Virus record (IMG/VR): IMGVR_UViG_3300005281_000069
Location: 3,985 to 67,984 of that record
DNA: 64,000 bases
DNA from: a virus
Reading direction: 5' to 3' (one strand)
The notes beneath the pieces were generated by a model, which did not search any database, had not been told where the DNA came from, and saw nothing but the letters and a program-made list of their open reading frames with translations. Position numbers and translations under genes: made by a program. Numbering within the stretch: position 1 is the stretch's first letter; each line of letters opens with the position of its first letter. This document shows, piece after piece, positions 43,175-54,244 of this stretch.

Positions 43175-44266
43175 TTATTTTATATAAAATGATCTTGTAT
43201 TGTTAAAATCAACTGAACCGTCAGAATTAAGATGAACTACCGCATATCCTTGAACCCATTTTCTTCCAGCTGGCTTATCAAATCTATAATCAGGAGTATA
43301 TGTTAAACATCCCTGCTCAATAACTTTACATCCATTAATAAAGTATTCTCCTAAATCATGAGTGTGGCCTTGAACCAAGCATTCAAAATTAGGATCAGGT
43401 AACATTTCTTCTGCATTAGCTCTTAATACTTTTTCTTGTCCTAAAGCAGTACTCATTAGAGTTGAGGAATAACCATCGGGATGAATGAAAATAGCTTTTC
43501 CGATTTGCATCCATTGATGAGGAATTACAGTTACATTATCATATTTTTCAGCGATATAATTAATTGGATTTAATCTATTGATAACATATTTTTTCATACC
43601 TTGACCAAATTTTCTAGATACCATTCTAATAAATCTTGATAAATCATGATTTCCTCCAACCCAATAAATCTCCTTAAATAATTTTGTTATCACATCTAAC
43701 AATGCAAATACTTGTTCAAATTCAATTTCAATATCAAAATCATTTAATTTATCGTAATCGCTTAAAGCTTGTCCATCAAAAACATCTCCGTTTAATACAA
43801 GTATATCGGCGTCCATATGATCTTTAATTGCTTTTTCAACTGAATTAAAATTAATAAACGGAGCATGTAAATCTGACAATGAAAGAATTTTCTTAGGCTT
43901 CCCGTCGTTAAATTGATTCCATATACGATATAATATTCTCTTTTTTTCTGGAGAATAATTTACTTCTTCGTTTTGTTCATAAAGATATTTTGGAAATAAG
44001 TTTTTATCAGTTTTATTCTTTATAACTTTATTACTAAATGTATATTTATCTTTTTTATTTAATTTTTTATTAGATTTTTCAATATGCGAACTCATAATTT
44101 TATTTTTAAGAGTATTTGTTGAATAACATCTTGCTTCAACAGCTTTAGCAGTGAAATGTTCATTAAATTCATCGCTTAATATAAGAGCTGTTTCTCTATA
44201 AGTATATCCCTCTGTTATGAGTTCTATTCTACGTTTATCTATTTTGTCGGTCCATTTTTTTCTCAA
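43175..44266 (-). CDS. Metallophosphoesterase with N-terminal HTH-like region
   Basis: SDLH, NGD, GNHD, HPDG and GHTH. Confidence 0.8.
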   Translation of the reverse strand: MRKKWTDKIDKRRIELITEGYTYRETALILSDEFNEHFTAKAVEARCYSTNTLKNKIMSSHIEKSNKKLNKKDKYTFSNKVIKNKTDKNLFPKYLYEQNEEVNYSPEKKRILYRIWNQFNDGKPKKILSLSDLHAPFINFNSVEKAIKDHMDADILVLNGDVFDGQALSDYDKLNDFDIEIEFEQVFALLDVITKLFKEIYWVGGNHDLSRFIRMVSRKFGQGMKKYVINRLNPINYIAEKYDNVTVIPHQWMQIGKAIFIHPDGYSSTLMSTALGQEKVLRANAEEMLPDPNFECLVQGHTHDLGEYFINGCKVIEQGCLTYTPDYRFDKPAGRKWVQGYAVVHLNSDGSVDFNNTRSFYIK

Positions 44267-44343
44267 ATGACATCTTCCTTTTGTTATTAAATAATAATCT
44301 TTTAAGAAAAAGATTAATACAGAATTGTGATTTTTAATATTTT

Positions 44344-44727
44344 TTATAGTAAATATTCGTGCGTTTCTATATTCATCTTTTTTGCCATTTCAAATTCTTT
44401 TTTGGATTGTTGTCCTCCACCGATTTTATATAAAACTTCTATTGAAGATAAAAATTCTTGACTTTCATCTCCCCATTCTTCTCCTACAACAATCAATTCA
44501 TCAACATTGAATATTTCATAATCAAATCCTTTTTTGCACATAATTCCAACAGTTTTCATTCCCAATTGCTTAGCTTTTTCATATACTAATTTATTAATAC
44601 CTAAATTAGTAGCTCCACCCACTATAATATCATCTTTAATTAATTCACTAAAAATAGTATTAATAATATTTTTTGCTTTATTAACATCAAAATCCCCACT
44701 TGAATATCCAACAAAACCTATATACAT
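44344..44727 (-). CDS. SLOG-like Rossmannoid protein
   Basis: IGFVGYS, GGAT..G, WGDES and IGGG.QS..E. Confidence 0.55.
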   Translation of the reverse strand: MYIGFVGYSSGDFDVNKAKNIINTIFSELIKDDIIVGGATNLGINKLVYEKAKQLGMKTVGIMCKKGFDYEIFNVDELIVVGEEWGDESQEFLSSIEVLYKIGGGQQSKKEFEMAKKMNIETHEYLL

Positions 44728-44741
44728 ACTATCCTCCTTTA

Positions 44742-44999
44742 TTATTTATTTTCGGAAGCAATTTTAATTAACCATTGAGAAAACTTAATTGGACTAATAT
44801 AATCTTTACTTCCTTTTCTGGTGAAATCATAATTTTTACTTATTCTTTTTTGCCATCTAGATTCACAAGCACTAATACTTCTTCCAAGTTTAAATGAAGC
44901 CAACTTATAAGCTTTTATTAATGATGAACCTGAATGTGTAGCTTGAAAAATATATGATACTAAAACAATATCATCTTCTTTTGTCCATTTCATTCTCAT
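44742..44999 (-). CDS. RsfA-like (Myb/SANT) transcription regulator
   Basis: WTKEDD..L......G.....A......LGRS..AC..RW. Confidence 0.65.
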   Translation of the reverse strand: MRMKWTKEDDIVLVSYIFQATHSGSSLIKAYKLASFKLGRSISACESRWQKRISKNYDFTRKGSKDYISPIKFSQWLIKIASENK

Positions 45000-45057
45000 C
45001 TTCCTCTCTTCTAAAACATAATGTATATATATGCATTAAAAGAAAGATAATTAACAT

Positions 45058-46071
45058 TTAAATTGTATATCTATAACTTACAGTTATATTTACTCCTTCA
45101 GGAACAGACTCATTAAAAATCAATATATTATCTTGAATTTCATAATCTTCATTATTTTCATTGACAAGTAGTACTCCGTTTATATAAACTTTTTCTGAAT
45201 TTTCATCTGGATTGTAAGATAATTCAAAAGTTTTATTAACCCCATCTACATTTCCAGAAGGTATTTCTTTATCAATGAAATTAGTTTTTGGTATTTCATC
45301 AATTTTTTGATCTATAAAATTTGGCACTAAATCATTTATTTTATTAGTTACTTCATTTGGAAGAACAACGTTAATTTGATTGTTTACTTCTTGATTAACC
45401 ATTGTTGGTAATTTAATATTTACTTCGTTTGTAATAGCATTAGGCAAAATATCATTAATGGTGTTATTAACTTCTATAGGTACAACTTCATTAACTACTC
45501 TTTCAACAACATTAGGTACAAACTCTTCAACTTTATTAGAAACCGCTTGAGGGACAACATTATTAACTTTATCATCAACAATGTGAGGAAGTATATTATT
45601 AACGACATTTGTTACAGCTTCGTTAACAGCATTATCTACAACTCTTTCTAAAACTTCATTTACTATATCTTCTATAGTTTGAGATATATCAATATATATT
45701 AATTTATGTGTAGTATTGTCATATGATAGAACTTTACCATGCCCAATAGTTGTTTCATCGACAGCTTTTGTGCCAACCAAACCAGGGTCTCCTTGTGTTC
45801 TTGTATCAATAGTTATTTGATTTGTTAATGTATTTACACCAAAAATTATATTTTGACCTTCAACTAATTGTATAGGTCTTCTTGTATCTAAAGTAGCTCC
45901 GTTAATGATAATCTCCCCCTTTTCACTAATTAATTCTAATTCTTTAACATGAATTATTAATCTTAAAAAATCATAATCTGTATCATCATCCATTAAAACT
46001 GGTTTCATCCAATATTCATTAGATGCTAAAATTATACCGGGTGGCTTATAAGGTGCTGCCAACATTAACAC
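45058..46071 (-). CDS. Probable structural protein with ~15-aa V/N/P repeats
   Basis: Repeated V.N.VN..LP units; C-terminal E.P.G.VDGVN..F.L..VYINGV module. Confidence 0.5.
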   Translation of the reverse strand: MLMLAAPYKPPGIILASNEYWMKPVLMDDDTDYDFLRLIIHVKELELISEKGEIIINGATLDTRRPIQLVEGQNIIFGVNTLTNQITIDTRTQGDPGLVGTKAVDETTIGHGKVLSYDNTTHKLIYIDISQTIEDIVNEVLERVVDNAVNEAVTNVVNNILPHIVDDKVNNVVPQAVSNKVEEFVPNVVERVVNEVVPIEVNNTINDILPNAITNEVNIKLPTMVNQEVNNQINVVLPNEVTNKINDLVPNFIDQKIDEIPKTNFIDKEIPSGNVDGVNKTFELSYNPDENSEKVYINGVLLVNENNEDYEIQDNILIFNESVPEGVNITVSYRYTI

Positions 46072-46160
46072 CTCCTTTATATATCTTTAGTATAAAATAA
46101 AAAATAATAGTTAAAAATATATCTTCAAATAAAAAAGAAGGGATTAAATCCCTTCTTTAA

Positions 46161-47904
46161 TTAACCTTCAAATTTTACTCCTCTAATAACTTCCATACCT
46201 AAACCTCCAAAGCCTTTAGTTCCTTTAACAATAACCAATTTATGTTTCTCAATTATATCTTTGTGAGATTTATATTGGTTTCCCCAAATTGTTACTCGAA
46301 CTATATCTCTAGGAGATTTAACAAATACCCAATAATATGGTTTTTTGTTTTTCGTCATTTTTTGTTCAATTTTAATAATAATTCCAGCTGTAACCATTAT
46401 TTCACCATCATTAACATCACTATAAATATTAATTTTATCCATATGCTTTTCCATAGGATGTGATAAAAATGAGAAACCAAGGTGTTCTGATTCATACAAA
46501 TACAATTCTAAATATGAAGATTTTATTTCACTTAGTTCTCTATGATGAGTAATTAATGGTTTTCTAAATACTGGTATATTTTTCATTGGGTCTAAATCTT
46601 TACTGAAACTTCCTTTAGGTTTCTTTCTTGTTGGAGATTGATCTGGTAAATCTTCCAATTTTAAACCAATATCAGATAATTTATTAAGTGGGACAACAAA
46701 TCCCCCATCTTTTTCTTCAATTAATTCAAACATTGAAAAATATTTACCTTTAATTAATTCAGGAGGAACAATATGATTTGTTACAGCTTTTCTAGTATTT
46801 ATTTCAGTTAATAGTTCAAACCATTTTTCCATTTGTTTTCTATTCAAAACAACATACTTTTTATCTTCTTTTTCAATAAAAGAAAATTTATCCTGAAGTT
46901 CAAAAGGAATATCATTTTCTCCAACTTCAATACCTAAACCATCAAAAGCACCTGAATTAATAAGAGCTGAAACAACACCTTTGTTCAAAGCACTTTTATC
47001 ATTTCTTTCGAAATAATCATTAACAGAAACAAAAGGTTGATTTTTAACAATAGATTCAACTGCTTTTGGACCAACGCCTTTTACAGCATTAAATCCAGCT
47101 CTAATTGATTTTTCTCCCTCTATAGTAAAAATTAATTTACTATTATTTACATGGGGAGGAAGAATTTCAATTCCAATTTTTCTAGCTTCAGCCATAAATG
47201 CATCAGCTTCATCTAAGTTACCGTTTAAGACTGTGGTATAAAAAACTAGTGGAAAATTAACTTTCATATATGCTGTCCAATATCCAATTATTGAATAAGC
47301 AATGGAATGTGATTTGTTGAATCCATACCCACTATTATCAATAATTAATTGAACAATCATATCTACCAATTTTTGACTATACCCTTTTTCTAAACCTATT
47401 CTAATAAAATCTTGTTTCCATTTAGCAACGTTTTCTGCGTTCTTTTCTGGTTTTTCCAACCATCTTCTATAGATATCAGCTTCCCCAAAGTCGATATCCA
47501 TCACCGTAGCAATAATACTCATAATTTGTTCTTGATAAACGATTGCTCCATAAGTTACTTCTAAAATTGGATCTATATCAGGATGAATTTTTCTGATTTT
47601 AGATTTATCAATTTTAGCTGCTAAATATTCTTCTAAACCAGAAGAACCAGGTCGAATAAATGAGTTAGCCGCTGATAATTCTTCTATACTTCTAGGTTTA
47701 ATTTTTGTTACCACACTAACAGCCAAATTAGATGAAAATTGGAATACACCCATCGTATGACCTTGACCAATTATGTCCCAAGTTTTTTGGTCATCTGTAG
47801 GAATATTATTAAAGTTAATATCAACTCCATAAATTTCCTTCACAAGGTCAAATTGTTCTTTTAATTCTGTAATATTTTTTAACCCCAGAATATCAAATTT
47901 TACT
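46161..47904 (-). CDS. dnaE: DNA polymerase III alpha, 3' exon (begins A|GTA AAA = VKFDILGL)
   Basis: KFDILGL, GVFQF, RPG, YQEQIM, YGFNKSH..AY, HhH VKGVG and OB fold; joins in frame to the exon ending at 63439. Confidence 0.93.
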
Positions 47905-47998
47905 CTTTCTGTTAACACTTTTAGTTAATATCAAATTTATCTCATATCCCCATAAAAAATAAATTTGACTTAAAAACAATCCCCATTGTTTTAATCAT
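47905..47998 (-). ncRNA. 3' piece of the split group I intron (two hairpins, 13-nt pairing strand, omega-G)
   Basis: UAUUAACUAAAAG (47930-47918) is the exact complement of 63077-63065; ends ...ACAGAAAG at 47905, directly before the exon; the 5' boundary is estimated from the promoter. Confidence 0.85.
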
Positions 47999-48004
47999 AT
48001 TATG

Positions 48005-48035
48005 ATAATATGTAATTTTAATATATGTTTTAACA
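48005..48035 (-). promoter_or_regulatory. Putative promoter TGTTAA-N17-CATATTAT for the dnaE 3' part
   Basis: Same motif as upstream of ssb and recA; about 100 nt before the 3' splice site. Confidence 0.7.
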
Positions 48036-48055
48036 AAAAGTATTGAAATATATTA

Positions 48056-48547
48056 TCATAATGTATACCCATCTTGTAAATTTTTTCTCAAATCTTCAAT
48101 TAATTTTTGATCTTTATAATAAGTACTTTCATTTCTATTAGTATATTTTTCTGAAAAAGTTCCTTCTGGAATCCAATTTAATGAAATAGCTTTTTTTAAT
48201 GAATATTCCGCTATTGGGTTATCAAAATTTCTAGTAACTGGAATTCCGTTAAATTTTTCATAATAAATTTTACCAAATTCTTTATAAAGTAATTGACCAA
48301 CACCTAAATTTCTATATTTGCTATCAACTTCTATCCAATCAAAATATAAAATAGTTATTTTTTCATTTGGTAAATGAGTATCTATATTACTACCTAATGC
48401 ATTTACATACTCAGTAAATTGTAATAAACCAACTTCTTTACCATTACAATAACATCTTATGTCATATTCAATTTTCTTATCTGCCTTTTGATATATTGGA
48501 TCAACTTCATTTGATTCAATAGAAAATTCAATTTTTCTTAAATCTAT
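48056..48547 (-). CDS. GNAT-like paralog (163 codons), ATA start or mutated ATG; not in the ORF track
   Basis: RBS GAGGGGGTG then ATA GAT TTA AGA; IEVDSKYRNLGVGQLLY..FDNPIAEYSLKKAISL. Confidence 0.65.
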   Translation of the reverse strand: MDLRKIEFSIESNEVDPIYQKADKKIEYDIRCYCNGKEVGLLQFTEYVNALGSNIDTHLPNEKITILYFDWIEVDSKYRNLGVGQLLYKEFGKIYYEKFNGIPVTRNFDNPIAEYSLKKAISLNWIPEGTFSEKYTNRNESTYYKDQKLIEDLRKNLQDGYTL

Positions 48548-48836
48548 ATTTCACCCCCTCTTTATTTATATTATATCAAAAATAAAATATTTGTAAATAA
48601 AATTTACCAATCTATACCTTCACTATATCCCATATTGAATATTTGACGAAATTGATTAGCTAATTTATTAGCTTTTTTAAGATTATCTGTACTAGATATC
48701 ATTTTTTCTTGATTTTTTTTATTGGATCCAAATTCTGATTCCCAACAATAAAATATTCTATATAAATTAGAATTAACTTTTCTTACTTCAAAAAATGAGC
48801 TGTTTGAGGTGTAACATTTCATAATTTTCCTCCCAT

Positions 48837-49844
48837 CTACTCTAATTCTTCTTTCCATTTTTCTTCTAACAATTTAGCTATTTTTTGAGTACTTTTAGCC
48901 ACATTTACTTGAATATCTACTGAATTATCTTGACTTCCAGCACCACAAGTTGGCAACCAACATACGCGTCCAGAAGCGAAGGCACCATTAATTAAAGCTA
49001 AATCAACTAAATCATATATAATTTTTTTGTTTTTTAATTTTAAAGCTTTAATAACTAATGGTTTCATATCATAAAATGTAGTATTAAATAAATCGACGAA
49101 AATATTATCATGATTTAATATAAATATATCATCAACATCTTTAAATTGAAAAATTAGGTTTTCGATTTCATTTTTTAATTTTTCTTTTTGATTATTATCT
49201 TTTACGGTTTCAATATCTTTATTGATTTTTTTTATTTCATTAGAAAGTTTAGTTTCAAATTCAATAACTGAATTAAATAATTTATCAGCGTTTTCATGAA
49301 GATATTCTCCAACTTTTTTATTCATTAACCAGTCTTTTTTATTACTATATGATTTAATTAAATCTTTATAAGCAGATTCATGGAACATAACAAAACTAAT
49401 ATTATCATATACTTCTTGACAAATATACTGATTTATAAAAGATTCTATATTTTCAGGTATTAAAGAACAAATTTCTTTTAATTTATACTGTCTAATCAAA
49501 TTTTCAGCATTAATTTTAATGTTAGATAGTTTGTTGATATTATAAATCGTTTTGAAAAATTCTTCATTTTCTTCATTAATGATAACATTTTGCGATATTT
49601 TTATATTTCTTTCTAAATATTGCATTAAATATAACCAGATGTTATCATTTAAATTAATATTTTTAATGCCACCATAATCATTATATTCTCCATAAATAGC
49701 GGGAGAAATTGGTGTCCACAAATCAGTAGAATAAATCGCAATATTTTTATGAAAATTATTTTTCTTTAATATAACTACTGCGATTTTATCACCGTAACTA
49801 ATTGGCAGCTTAGTTATTCCACAAGTTCCATTCCAACATCCCAT
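48837..49844 (-). CDS. Hypothetical phage protein
   Basis: 335-aa ORF with RBS; MGCWNGTC..GEYNDYG N-terminus. Confidence 0.6.
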   Translation of the reverse strand: MGCWNGTCGITKLPISYGDKIAVVILKKNNFHKNIAIYSTDLWTPISPAIYGEYNDYGGIKNINLNDNIWLYLMQYLERNIKISQNVIINEENEEFFKTIYNINKLSNIKINAENLIRQYKLKEICSLIPENIESFINQYICQEVYDNISFVMFHESAYKDLIKSYSNKKDWLMNKKVGEYLHENADKLFNSVIEFETKLSNEIKKINKDIETVKDNNQKEKLKNEIENLIFQFKDVDDIFILNHDNIFVDLFNTTFYDMKPLVIKALKLKNKKIIYDLVDLALINGAFASGRVCWLPTCGAGSQDNSVDIQVNVAKSTQKIAKLLEEKWKEELE

Positions 49845-50482
49845 AAAAATCTCTCCTATTTTTTAGTTAATTTTTCAACAACTTTGTTAACTATAATCAT
49901 AGTTTTAACAACTTTTCTAACATACAAAATCATAGAAAAAATTAATAACATAAAAATTAAATAATACAAATACATTGGAATTAAAAATTTAAATAAATAT
50001 AAAATAATTATAGAAATCCCAGTACAAAATAGAGAAAAATAAATTTTTTGAGAGTATATGTTTAAATTTGAATTAATTTTTTTATTAACAAAATATGGAA
50101 TACTTAAAATCACATATACAATACCAACAATTATCATAAATTCACCTAAGTTATAATTTGATAAATTTAACCAATTTAAAAATAAAATTAATTCAACTTA
50201 TATTTTTCTTTTTTTTGTTCGTTAAAATCACTTTTTAAAATTTTGTATAACATAAAAGAACTTAAACAAAGTTGAATAAATTGTAAAAACAATAAATTAT
50301 AAAACGTATTAATAACCATCATAATAGTCATTAAAAACCACCAATAGATAAAATTTTATATTCTTTTTTTTCTTATCATTTTTTCTATAAAATAATAAAT
50401 AAAATTAAATAAACTAAATAAAAAGAAAACAACAATACACAAAATATTCATCCAAATCAAATCAATCATAATATCACTTTTT

Positions 50483-51065
50483 TTATATTTTATTAATTTC
50501 ATCAGTGATAGAATCTATAATAGAAATAATTTCATTGATACTATACCATTTTCCTAGATGACTACTAATTTTATTTTTAAAATAATCTTCATATTCATAA
50601 TTTTCATCGGGTACAATATCTTCTAAACTATTTGAAAATCTAACTCCAATTATATTAGTTGTTTCTATAACCCCATTAAATACTACTTGTTTTATTAAAC
50701 TTAAAGATTGTTTCCATTATGGTAATGTATAATCAAAAATATAATCTTTATTTAAATCATCAAAATCAGGCGATAAATTATAAGAATTAACACTAACTTT
50801 AATTACAACTGGAAAATTAGGCATTTTTTCACTTGTATATACAGCTGAATTAGCATAATCTTCTGCTACATCTTCAGTAGTTAAATATACTCCATTTGAA
50901 TTTAAAAATTTTTGAAAAGCTTCATATCCTTCATCACTTTCTAAACCTGAACTCATAATTCCTGTTATTGAGTTAGGTAAAATACCTTGATTTGATATAC
51001 TTTCTAAATACTCACTATGTGTGCCGTGAAATAAAACTAAATTTTTTAATTAATCTATTTTTCAT
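50483..51065 (-). pseudogene. Disrupted ADP-ribosyltransferase-fold-like gene
   Basis: Frame reads LFHGT..LESI..QGILP..GVYLT...A..YA; frameshift near the start and in-frame TAA at 50717-19 followed by WKQSL... Confidence 0.5.
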
Positions 51066-51235
51066 AACAAAAACATTCCTCAAATATTTATATTTATATT
51101 ATATCATATTTTAATTTTAATTTAAATAACTATTTATAAAAAACAAAAAGAAAATATTTTACTTAATATTTAGTATTTAATATTAAACATAATAAATTTT
51201 ATGTTTTTAATTTTTTGTAAAAAGGAGCTGATATT

Positions 51236-52027
51236 ATGAGTAAATTGATAGCAATTGATGATGGACATGGTATGGAGACACCTGGAAAAAGAACTCCTAA
51301 ATTTGAAGATGGTTCATTTATGAAAGAAAATGAATTTAATAAAAGAGTTGCAGAACTTTTAAACGAACATCTTATTAGATGCGGATTTAAGACTGTTATG
51401 GTTGCTCCAACAGATGTTGATACTCCACTAGCTGAAAGAGTAAAAACTGCAAATAACGCAAAAGCTGATTTTTATATTTCAATTCATGCAAATGCTGCTG
51501 GTGATGGAAATACTTTCAATAACGGAAAAGGAATTGAAACATTCTATAACCCAGGAAGCATTAATGGCGAAAAAGCAGCTAAAATCATTCACAGACATCT
51601 TTTAAATGGAACAAAATTGGTTGATAGAGGAGTTAAATCTACATCCTTTTATGTTCTAAAAAACACAAAAATGCCTGCAGTTCTAGTTGAATGTGGATTT
51701 ATGACAAATTATGAAGAAGCTTTATTACTTAAATCAGAATCATATAGAGCTGAATGTGCTGAAGAATTAGCCAAAGGTATTTGTGAATATTTTGGAATCG
51801 CTTATGTTGAAAGAAAATCAGAACCATCATCTTCAAATTCTCAAGAAAACAAAAAACCAATTGTATCTGGAGAGGTAAATGTTGTTGTTGACGGTAAACA
51901 AATAGCAAATGGCTATCTTATAAATAATACAACTTATGTACCTCTAAGAGCTATTGGCGAAGCAATTGATGCTAATGTCAATTGGGATCAAAAAACTCAA
52001 ACAGCTACAATAACTACAAAAAAATAA
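51236..52027 (+). CDS. N-acetylmuramoyl-L-alanine amidase (Amidase_3) with copper-amine-oxidase-N-like C-terminal domain
   Basis: IDDGHG, E, ISIHANA, FYVL..T.MPAVLVECGF; C-terminal TYVPLRAIGEA..A.V.WD. Confidence 0.9.
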   Translation: MSKLIAIDDGHGMETPGKRTPKFEDGSFMKENEFNKRVAELLNEHLIRCGFKTVMVAPTDVDTPLAERVKTANNAKADFYISIHANAAGDGNTFNNGKGIETFYNPGSINGEKAAKIIHRHLLNGTKLVDRGVKSTSFYVLKNTKMPAVLVECGFMTNYEEALLLKSESYRAECAEELAKGICEYFGIAYVERKSEPSSSNSQENKKPIVSGEVNVVVDGKQIANGYLINNTTYVPLRAIGEAIDANVNWDQKTQTATITTKK

Positions 52028-52039
52028 TTAAAAAGGAGC

Positions 52040-52825
52040 TTAATTAAGCTCCTTTTCTTTTAACGGAAATAAAAATTTACATACTTGACCTTCATGAAAA
52101 TAAATTAAATCATTATCTATTAACGGTAAATTAAAATATTTTTTAAACGCTTGAGCAAAAAATATATCTTGGCAACCTTTGAATTCAACAAAACCATTAT
52201 CGAATTGTTTTACAAATCCAATTCTTTTACTTGGGTTTTGAGCTTTAAGAGTAAAATACTCTATTCTAACTGGACAATTAAAATCTGAAACCGATTCATA
52301 AACAACCTTTTCTATATTTTCATACAAGAATGAATTATCATTAATTTCAATAACAATTTCATCGTGAGAGAAAAATTTAATATTTGGCAACCGTACTATT
52401 TTTTCTAATGATTTTAAAATGTGATAGGTTATAAATTTTTCAACTTTACTAATTCTTTTTGGATTTAATTTTCCAAAAATAATTTGTCTTATATATTTTG
52501 ATTCAATAATATGTTTATTATCAGTAAATTGACTTACAAATTCCTCATACGTATTTTTATTATCAACAATATTCGGATTTACATATTTTAATGCGTGAAA
52601 ATTAGCTTTCTTTAAATCTATACTAATAAACCTTTTACCATCATTTAATTCGCAAAAAATATCTTTAGACGAAATTCCAACATTTGGAATATCATATTTT
52701 ACAATAGATTTATTCGAGTTATTAAATTCTGTATATTCTTCTTTTTTCAAAATATGCGAACTTACTTTATCACTTATATTTTTAATTTCTGATATAAATT
52801 CATTGTGACCAATTTTATTAGCCAT
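52040..52825 (-). CDS. Hypothetical phage protein, probably 5'-truncated by the IS insertion
   Basis: FISIDLKKANF..SHDE motifs; ATG lies 5 nt from the IS end with no RBS. Confidence 0.55.
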   Translation of the reverse strand: MANKIGHNEFISEIKNISDKVSSHILKKEEYTEFNNSNKSIVKYDIPNVGISSKDIFCELNDGKRFISIDLKKANFHALKYVNPNIVDNKNTYEEFVSQFTDNKHIIESKYIRQIIFGKLNPKRISKVEKFITYHILKSLEKIVRLPNIKFFSHDEIVIEINDNSFLYENIEKVVYESVSDFNCPVRIEYFTLKAQNPSKRIGFVKQFDNGFVEFKGCQDIFFAQAFKKYFNLPLIDNDLIYFHEGQVCKFLFPLKEKELN

Positions 52826-52894
52826 GTCATTGAACTACCACTAGGCTAAAGCCATAGTGGATTCCTACGAACTTCGCTCTATCGAGCGAATATT

Positions 52895-54016
52895 TTAGTA
52901 GGCTATCCCCGCCGTCCCAGCGGTTAAGCGTAATGCTTCATTACGCAGATTCATACTTGCGTTAATATCTCGGTCATGATGAGTATTACAATTCGGACAC
53001 ACCCATTCACGCAATACAAGATTTTTAACGTCTTTGTTTTTATAACCGCAACATGAACAAAGCTGGCTTGAAGCAAAATTTTTCGACACCGTTACAACTT
53101 GCTTTCCGTACCATTTAGCTTTATATTCCAGCATCGTTCTGAATAGTGACCAAGATACTTCGCTAATCACTTTTGCAAGATTATGGTTTTTCAGCATATT
53201 AGATACTTGCAAATCTTCTATACCGATGATGTCGTGGTTTTTGACAATATAGGTAGAGATTTTATGCAAGTAATCATGTCGTGCGTTAACGATTTTTTCA
53301 TGAATACGAGCAACTTTAATTCGTTGCTTATTCCAATTAGAACTGCCTTTCTTACGTCTTGAAAGAATACGTTGTGCTTTTGCTAATTTCTTCTCTAATG
53401 TACGAAAAAACTTAGGATTCTTATATACTGTTCCATCTGAAAGAATAGCAAAATCTTTCAAACCAACATCTATACCAACAGCAGAGTTGGTTTTAGGCAA
53501 TTCTTGTACTTCTGTTTCTACAAGAATGGAAACAAAGTATTTACCACTTGGATTGCATCTAATTGTTGCATTGATGATACGTCCTTCAACCTCACGACTT
53601 TTAGCAAAACGAACAAAACCCAATTTAGGTATCTTAATTCTGTTACCTACAATTGCAATATTTCCATTTGTGTACTTTGTTGTATAAGATTGTACTTTGT
53701 TCTTTTTTGACTTAAGGCGTGGTTTGTCGTTTTGTTTTTTGAAAAAGCGTGTGTAAGCATCAGCAAGATTTTTCAACGATGATTGAATTGCAATACTATC
53801 GACTTCTTTTAGCCAAGTTAATTCCTTTTTTAACTGTGTTAACTGAGCAGAACAAGAGTTATAAGTTAAACCTTTACCTGTTTCCTTGTAAGCGTCATTC
53901 CATTTTGCTAAAAAATGATTAAATACAAATCGACAGCAACCAAATGTTTTGTTAATCAGTATTTCTTGTTGTTTGTTTGGATAAATACGAAATTTATATG
54001 CTTTATTAACCAACAT
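52895..54016 (-). CDS. tnpB: RNA-guided nuclease TnpB
   Basis: [14 protein letters not shown] (RuvC-I), IEDL (RuvC-II), CSCCG..CPNC zinc finger, DRDINA (RuvC-III); catalytic residues intact. Confidence 0.95.
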   Translation of the reverse strand: MLVNKAYKFRIYPNKQQEILINKTFGCCRFVFNHFLAKWNDAYKETGKGLTYNSCSAQLTQLKKELTWLKEVDSIAIQSSLKNLADAYTRFFKKQNDKPRLKSKKNKVQSYTTKYTNGNIAIVGNRIKIPKLGFVRFAKSREVEGRIINATIRCNPSGKYFVSILVETEVQELPKTNSAVGIDVGLKDFAILSDGTVYKNPKFFRTLEKKLAKAQRILSRRKKGSSNWNKQRIKVARIHEKIVNARHDYLHKISTYIVKNHDIIGIEDLQVSNMLKNHNLAKVISEVSWSLFRTMLEYKAKWYGKQVVTVSKNFASSQLCSCCGYKNKDVKNLVLREWVCPNCNTHHDRDINASMNLRNEALRLTAGTAGIAY

Positions 54017-54109
54017 TGATTTTCACCTCCTTTTTATATATACTTATAGTATATACGAAGTATTAGTGTATGTCAATAGCATATACTTTTTTAAGGGAGT
54101 GTGATACAG

Positions 54110-54244
54110 ATGGAGCGTATACCAAAATTAATTAAGTTTCCTGTCGATTTAGTAATAAGAATTGAAGAGTACAGAAAAAAGAACAATATTAAAAATTTTT
54201 CAGTTGCAGTTTATGAATTAATTCGCAAAGGTTTAGAAAAATAA
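54110..54244 (+). CDS. Small ribbon-helix-helix protein (44 aa) inside the IS
   Basis: RBS AGGGAG; MERIPKLIKFPVDLVIRIEEYRKKNNIKNFSVAVYELIRKGLEK. Confidence 0.7.
   Translation: MERIPKLIKFPVDLVIRIEEYRKKNNIKNFSVAVYELIRKGLEK

Noticed and set aside
46161..47918. ORF-track GTG start (MLTERVKF) as an independent dnaE gene, or a split-intein DnaE
   Set aside because: There is no RBS and the GTG lies within the intron pairing strand and 3' end. Neither fragment has intein motifs (no N-terminal C/S block, no HN plus C/S/T). The RNA-level signals explain the break exactly.
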